Assembly (NCBI GenBank): GCA_029289235.1
Contig: JARFTZ010000052.1
Location: 20,512 to 84,511, forward strand
Source of the DNA: Gammaproteobacteria bacterium
Lineage (GTDB): Bacteria; Pseudomonadota; Gammaproteobacteria; Burkholderiales; Rhodocyclaceae
Length of the DNA stretch: 64,000 nucleotides
Direction of reading: 5' to 3'
Shown here: positions 59,273-64,000 of the stretch, piece by piece
How the letters are laid out: the number at the start of each line of letters is the position of its first letter
Numbering within the stretch: the stretch's first letter is position 1
Made by a program: the position numbers and the translations under genes
The notes under the pieces: generated by a model
Databases searched by the model: none
Seen by the model: only the letters and a program-made list of their open reading frames with translations
What the model was told of the DNA's origin: nothing

Positions 59273-60965
59273 GCGCTACCTCCGCCGCAGGCTGTGGGGA
59301 TTTCATTGTGACGCCAATGCGCTCACGCCGCGCCAGCTTGCGTGCGGCCCAGACCGCGACGGCGGCCGTGGCCAGCAGGATCAGGTCGACGCCGGCCACG
59401 GGCCAGTAGGGATCGGTGAACACGGTCTTGATCAGATGATCGCCGGTGGTGATCGCGTTGAGCATCACCGCCGCCACCGCCAGGCTGGCCAGCATCCAGC
59501 ACTGCTCGCGCCAGGCCGGGTTGATGCGCGCCTGCGCCACGGGCGCGCTGCGTACGAGGGCGTGCAGCAGCGCCAGTACCCAAAGGCCCCAGAAGGCCAG
59601 CTTTTCCCAGTCGCCTTTGCCGGCCAGATCGGCCGGCAGCAGCCGGTTGGCCACGAGCATGCCGACGGCGGCGATCACCATGCCGGTGACGGCGGTCACA
59701 GCCAGGGCATCGACCCATCGGCTGCCCGGGTCTCCGGCCCTGGCGTGCTGCTGCTTGCGCTTGCCGACGAAGAAGAGGAAGCCGGTGGCGATGCACACGC
59801 AGCCGAGCAGGCCGCCCAGCACGTACAGCCAGCGCAGCAGCCAATGCTCGAAATGCTGCAGGTGCAGGCCGGTGAGGAATTCGTTGGTCTCGGCGACCGC
59901 CGTGCGCGGCGGGTCCTCGTGCAGCAACTCGCCGGTGCTGGCCTTGAAATGCATTCCTTCACCCACCAGCGCCACGCGGTCGCTGCCGGCACGGTAGATG
60001 CTCACGTAGCCGTTGGCGTCGCCGAAGTGATGCAGTTGCAGGAAGCCGACCTCGCCGGCCATGTCGCGCGCAGCCCAGCGACGCCTGGCTTCGGCCATCA
60101 TCGCGTCGACCGAGGCCAGTGTCGCCGGGATGCCCGCGCGCTCATGCGGCAGGCCGGTTTCGCGCGCCTCGATGACTTCGTGCCGGTCGTGCAGGGGCTT
60201 GAGCTGGAACTGCGAGACCGGGAAGTAATAGGTGCCGGCGAAGATCAGGAGGCCGGTGAAGGCGAAAAAGAAATGGAAGGGCAGCGCCACCACGCCGCTC
60301 AGGTTGTGCAGGTCGAGCAGGCTGCGCTGGGAGTGCCTGTCGGGGCGGAAGGTGAAGAACTCGCGGAAGAACTTGCGATGCATGATCACGCCGGTGACGA
60401 GCGCGGCGAGCATCACCAGAGCGGCGAGGCCGACGGTGAAAATGCCCAGGTTCTTCCAGTTCCAGTTCAGGCTGTAGTGCATCGGGTAGAACCACTGGCT
60501 GCCAATCCTGAGCTGGTCGGAGCGCACGAAGTCACCTGTGCGCGGGTCGATTGTCGCGTTGCCGTGGATGTGATTGTGGTCCTCTTCATCCTTGGGAAGT
60601 GGCACCCGGAATCCGGCGCCGATGGCCAGCACCGGGTCGCGGTGGGTGGTGTAGGCCCAGTACTCGTCGGCCGGCAGTTCCAGGCGCGGTGTTTGCGGTC
60701 CCTTGGCCGCATCGTGCATGGCGGAAATGTTGGCCGCATACTCGGCGGGGTCCGCTTCGAGTCTGGCGAAGGCGGGCGCCAGCACGGCGTCGAAGGAGGG
60801 CATGGGCTGCGGCGCGAAGCGGGTTTCGGGCAGCGCCCAGCGATCGATCTCGCGGTCGAACACCGACAGCGCACCGAAGAAGAAGCAGGCCATCAGCACA
60901 TAGCCCAGCACGAGGCCGAACCAGGTGTGCAACCAGGCCATCGACAGGCGAAAGCTCGCGAACAT
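59265..60965 (-). CDS. PepSY-associated TM-helix protein (putative ferrisiderophore reductase)
   Basis: WLHTWFG, MHYSL, LLDLHNLSGVVALPFH and GLHLQHF His-containing TM motifs typical of this family; ATG 60965. Confidence 0.88.
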   Translation of the reverse strand: MFASFRLSMAWLHTWFGLVLGYVLMACFFFGALSVFDREIDRWALPETRFAPQPMPSFDAVLAPAFARLEADPAEYAANISAMHDAAKGPQTPRLELPADEYWAYTTHRDPVLAIGAGFRVPLPKDEEDHNHIHGNATIDPRTGDFVRSDQLRIGSQWFYPMHYSLNWNWKNLGIFTVGLAALVMLAALVTGVIMHRKFFREFFTFRPDRHSQRSLLDLHNLSGVVALPFHFFFAFTGLLIFAGTYYFPVSQFQLKPLHDRHEVIEARETGLPHERAGIPATLASVDAMMAEARRRWAARDMAGEVGFLQLHHFGDANGYVSIYRAGSDRVALVGEGMHFKASTGELLHEDPPRTAVAETNEFLTGLHLQHFEHWLLRWLYVLGGLLGCVCIATGFLFFVGKRKQQHARAGDPGSRWVDALAVTAVTGMVIAAVGMLVANRLLPADLAGKGDWEKLAFWGLWVLALLHALVRSAPVAQARINPAWREQCWMLASLAVAAVMLNAITTGDHLIKTVFTDPYWPVAGVDLILLATAAVAVWAARKLARRERIGVTMKSPQPAAEVAHV

Positions 60966-60976
60966 GGGAGGACCTT

Positions 60977-61270
60977 TCAGGACAGGATCGCGCGCTGCAG
61001 CAGAACGGCCGCGCCGTTGAAGAACAGCGCGCCGCCGACCAGCACGGCAAACACGCGGGACACGCTGCGCGCGGCGAAGGACCACAGGAAAACGCCGAGA
61101 AAGACCAGCAGGCCCAGCATCAGCAGGGATATCTCGGCATCGTGGAATTCGACGCCCAGGCCCGCCAGGGCGGCGGTGCCACAGGCGACGAAGCCCCAGG
61201 AGAAGGCCCAGCCGCCGATAATGGCGGCCAGGCTGCGCAGGGCGACGCACGGCGTCCGGGCCGGGCTCAT
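60977..61270 (-). CDS. Small iron-uptake membrane protein (DUF3649-like)
   Basis: 97 aa with 3 TM segments (LAAIIGGWAFSWG...FLWSFAAR), between the TonB receptor and PepSY genes. Confidence 0.75.
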   Translation of the reverse strand: MSPARTPCVALRSLAAIIGGWAFSWGFVACGTAALAGLGVEFHDAEISLLMLGLLVFLGVFLWSFAARSVSRVFAVLVGGALFFNGAAVLLQRAILS

Positions 61271-61272
61271 GC

Positions 61273-63654
61273 TCAAAGCTTGTACTCAAGCGTGAGGTAG
61301 GCGCTGCGCGGTTCGCCGTACAACGCACCGTAGGCAATGCCGGTCACGTACTTCTTGTTGAACAGGTTGTTGATGTTGAGCCGCGCGGTGAAATCCTTGC
61401 TGAGCTGGTAGGTCGCGAAGGCGTCGGACACGAAGAAGGAATCCTGGCGGGCGCCGCCTTCCTTGTAAACGTCGGACTGCCAGCGCGTGGCCAGGCCCAG
61501 GCGCAGAGCGGGCAGGCCCGGCATGCGGCTGTCGAAGCGCACCTTGGCGGTGGTGCGCGGCACCCATTCGTAGATGTCGTCGCCGTCCGGTCCGGTCAGC
61601 CTGAGGCGGGTGAAGCTCAGCGCGAGGCGGGCATCGCGGCCGACCCGGCCGCTCGCCTCGAACTCGAAGCCTCTGGATTTCACATCCTTCGGCACGTAGA
61701 CATACTGGCTGCCATTCATGCCGGCGTAGGTGGCCAGGCCTTCCTGCTCGGCGCTGAACACGGCGAAGGTGGTCAGCAGGCGTTTGTCGAGCCAGTCGGC
61801 CTTGACCCCCACCTCGTGATTGACGCCTTTCATGGGGTCCAGATAGGCTCCGTCGATGTCTTTCTGATCCTGATTCTGGAAGATCTCCGAATAGGATGCA
61901 TAACCGAGCAGAGTGGGTGTGAAATCGTAGGTGAAGCCGAGGTAGGGACTGGTTTCGCGGGTGTCGGGGTAGTGGGTGGTGGTCGTGACCGAGCCGTAAC
62001 GCGAGTCGCCTTCGCGGGCCAGCTTGACCGAGTTCAGCCCGACGATTGCGCGCAGCCTGTCGGTCAGTGCCAACCGGGAGGCGGCGTAGAACCGGGTCAG
62101 GCTCTGCTTGCCGGCGGAGCTCGGCGTGCGTGAGCCCCAGTTCGGCTCCGGATAGACGTCGCCGCCATACGGGAAGGCCGGCAACGGCTGGAGCATGTAG
62201 GACGCATCGAAGGGGTAGGTATCGGTTTCGTTTTCCTCGACGGAATGGCTCACCCCGGCGATCAGCTCGTGCTTGCGCCCGAACAGGTCGAACTTGCCGC
62301 TGAGGTTGGCGTCGATCAGGTCGCTGTCGGTGGTCGTGTAGCTGCCGTAAGGCCAGCCGACCAGCCCGGTGTTGTCTGCATTCAGGCCGCCGCTCGGGGA
62401 ATAGGCGTAGAGCAGGCGGGTCTGCTCGACGGCGCGACGCTTGTTGTAGGTGAGCTTGCCTTCCCAGTTGTCGTTCAGGTAGTGGGTGTATTCGACGAAG
62501 GCGCTGTTGGACTTGGTGTTCCAGTAGGTCCAGTCCTGCGACGTGGAGGACGAGGTGCCGAACTCCGCCTGTCCGCCGGTCAGGTAATTCAGGGTCAGCG
62601 AACCCCACATCGGCGACTTCTGGCGATTGTCCTGGTGCGTGAAGCCGAAGGTCAGCACGCCGCTGTTGCCGATCTGGCTGTCGATCACGCCATACAGCGT
62701 GGTGTTGCGGTCGTTCAGGCTGCGGATGTGCGAATCGTTGTCCTGATGGATCAGCACGACCCGGCCGGCGACGGAGCCGTCTTCGGTGAAGACCTTGTTG
62801 TAGTCGAGCGCCAGACGCCTGGTGTCATGGGAGCCGGTCTTCAGGTTGATCTCGCCCCCGTCCTTGTTGGTGGGGCGCTTGCGCACGTAGTTGATGGTGC
62901 CAGAGGAATTGCCGACGCCGGTCAGCAAGGCGTTGGCCCCACGGATCACCTCGATCTTGTCGAACAGGAAAGTATCCTGCTGGCCGACCACCGTCCCCCA
63001 GCTGTTGGTCATGCCCAGCCCGTCGATCTGGGTCAGCTGGATCTCGAAGCCGCGTGAATTGAAGGTGGCCCGATTGGTCTCGTATTGCTCGACATTGAGT
63101 CCGGTGACCATCTGCAGGGCCTTGTTGCCTTCCGTGACGCCGTAGTCGCGCATCTCCTCGGCGTCGAGGGTGCTGATGCTCTGCGGCGTTTCCTTGATCT
63201 CCATCGGCAGCCCGGTCGCTCCCTTGGAGACGCGGTTTTCGCGCAGATTGGTCACCACCACGGCCGACAGTTCCTTTTCCTCGGCCGACACGTTCGGCGG
63301 TGGCGCGGCCTTTTTCACCAGTACCGCGCTGCCGTTGATGCTGGCCTCCAGTTCGCTGCCGGCCAGCAGGCGATCAAGTGCCTGGCGCGGAGTGAGCTGG
63401 CCCGAGACGGACGGCGCCGTCTTCCCGGCCACCAGGTCGGCCGGGAAACTCAGCTGCAGATTGACCTGCCGTGCCAGCTCGTTGAGCGCCTGGCCCAGGC
63501 CCTGGGCCGGAATGTTGATCGACACGGGAACCGATGCGACCGTGGTCTGGGCGTGGACAGGCGCGCACGGGATGGCTGCCAGAGCGACGGTCATCGCGGC
63601 GGCCAAAGCCCGGGGGACGGGGCTGAAACGATTTTTCTGCGGCGCATTTCGCAT
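61273..63654 (-). CDS. TonB-dependent siderophore receptor with N-terminal STN signalling domain (FpvA/FhuE-like)
   Basis: Signal peptide; STN (INIPAQGLGQALNELARQ); plug (ETPQSIS, FNSRGF, IEVIRGANALLTG); C-terminal NINNLFNKKY...LTLEYKL. Confidence 0.95.
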   Translation of the reverse strand: MRNAPQKNRFSPVPRALAAAMTVALAAIPCAPVHAQTTVASVPVSINIPAQGLGQALNELARQVNLQLSFPADLVAGKTAPSVSGQLTPRQALDRLLAGSELEASINGSAVLVKKAAPPPNVSAEEKELSAVVVTNLRENRVSKGATGLPMEIKETPQSISTLDAEEMRDYGVTEGNKALQMVTGLNVEQYETNRATFNSRGFEIQLTQIDGLGMTNSWGTVVGQQDTFLFDKIEVIRGANALLTGVGNSSGTINYVRKRPTNKDGGEINLKTGSHDTRRLALDYNKVFTEDGSVAGRVVLIHQDNDSHIRSLNDRNTTLYGVIDSQIGNSGVLTFGFTHQDNRQKSPMWGSLTLNYLTGGQAEFGTSSSTSQDWTYWNTKSNSAFVEYTHYLNDNWEGKLTYNKRRAVEQTRLLYAYSPSGGLNADNTGLVGWPYGSYTTTDSDLIDANLSGKFDLFGRKHELIAGVSHSVEENETDTYPFDASYMLQPLPAFPYGGDVYPEPNWGSRTPSSAGKQSLTRFYAASRLALTDRLRAIVGLNSVKLAREGDSRYGSVTTTTHYPDTRETSPYLGFTYDFTPTLLGYASYSEIFQNQDQKDIDGAYLDPMKGVNHEVGVKADWLDKRLLTTFAVFSAEQEGLATYAGMNGSQYVYVPKDVKSRGFEFEASGRVGRDARLALSFTRLRLTGPDGDDIYEWVPRTTAKVRFDSRMPGLPALRLGLATRWQSDVYKEGGARQDSFFVSDAFATYQLSKDFTARLNINNLFNKKYVTGIAYGALYGEPRSAYLTLEYKL

Positions 63655-63753
63655 GGGTAAGCTCCTGAATCGGTAGTTGATTTTCGGACCCGGCGCGAAG
63701 CCGACGATCCTCCTACCGATGAAGACGCAGTACCCTTGGCGAATCCTCATGTT

Positions 63754-63772
63754 GCAAATGAGAATTCTTCTA
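63754..63772. promoter_or_regulatory. Fur-box-like site
   Basis: GCAAATGAGAATTCTTCTA matches 12 of 19 positions of GATAATGATAATCATTATC; about 100 nt upstream of the receptor start. Confidence 0.55.
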
Positions 63773-63776
63773 ATTG

Positions 63777-64000
63777 TTATCGCGGTAGTGCTACCACTTC
63801 CGTCAACTCGCCGCGGCGTACCAAACGCACCGGCAAAAGCTGCGGCAAAACCTTGGCGAACTGCTGATGCTGGCCCGGGGAAAAACTGCCGCCCACGCGC
63901 AGGGCGGCAACAACGGGGTCGCGCACCATCAAGCCGGTGTGGCCGTAACGCTCGAACTCGGCAATGGCGTCGGCCAGCGGCGTCTGGTTGAAGTTCAGGC
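63777..64000 (-). CDS. FecR-family anti-sigma factor, C-terminal part (gene begins beyond the window)
   Basis: Manual translation: LNFNQTPLADAIAEFERYGHTGLMVRDPVVAALRVGGSFSPGQHQQFAKVLPQLLPVRL...ALPR-stop (TAA 63779-63777). This is a FecR C-terminal pattern next to an STN receptor. Confidence 0.85.
   Translation of the reverse strand, partial: LNFNQTPLADAIAEFERYGHTGLMVRDPVVAALRVGGSFSPGQHQQFAKVLPQLLPVRLVRRGELTEVVALPR

Overview
This is a high-GC bacterial chromosomal window. Gene content and style suggest a betaproteobacterium, possibly Rhodocyclales; this is inference. About 53 coding regions and one tRNA-Ser(GGA) are supported. From left to right: (1) a 5'-intact MCP cut by the window edge and an orphan 322-aa protein; (2) a GntR-regulated pdxA-like/tctBAC catabolic locus whose PdxA has lost most canonical substrate-binding residues; (3) an EamA transporter and the scar of a decayed island at the tRNA-Ser 3' end (doubly deleted hsdM, fused foreign fragment, arm-site-like repeats); (4) dmeF/dmeR Co-Ni efflux, a rhomboid and an MTH1187-family gene; (5) a 14.5-kb phosphorelay/c-di-GMP cluster; (6) tex, fliW and a small unknown gene; (7) a MarR-type regulator opposite a pyroglutamate-type TRAP transporter plus pxpBCA; (8) a PQQ sugar dehydrogenase, an unknown Cys-rich protein and a VIT1/CCC1 protein; (9) a NosP(FIST)-NahK-like pair; (10) cbpA-cbpM-htpX with a sigma32-like promoter; (11) an MFS exporter, two more c-di-GMP enzymes (one fused to hemerythrin) and an MCP; (12) ipdC with a divergent Lrp; (13) pqiABC; (14) a FecR/TonB-receptor/PepSY iron-uptake operon cut by the right edge. 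I found no CRISPR array, rRNA, intact integrase or transposase. All family assignments come from motifs recognised by eye, not database searches. The best candidates for undescribed biology are the altered-PdxA/TTT locus, the Cys-rich protein coupled to VIT1, the triple-receiver phosphodiesterase phosphorelay, the pyroglutamate TRAP-pxp unit and the DGC-hemerythrin.
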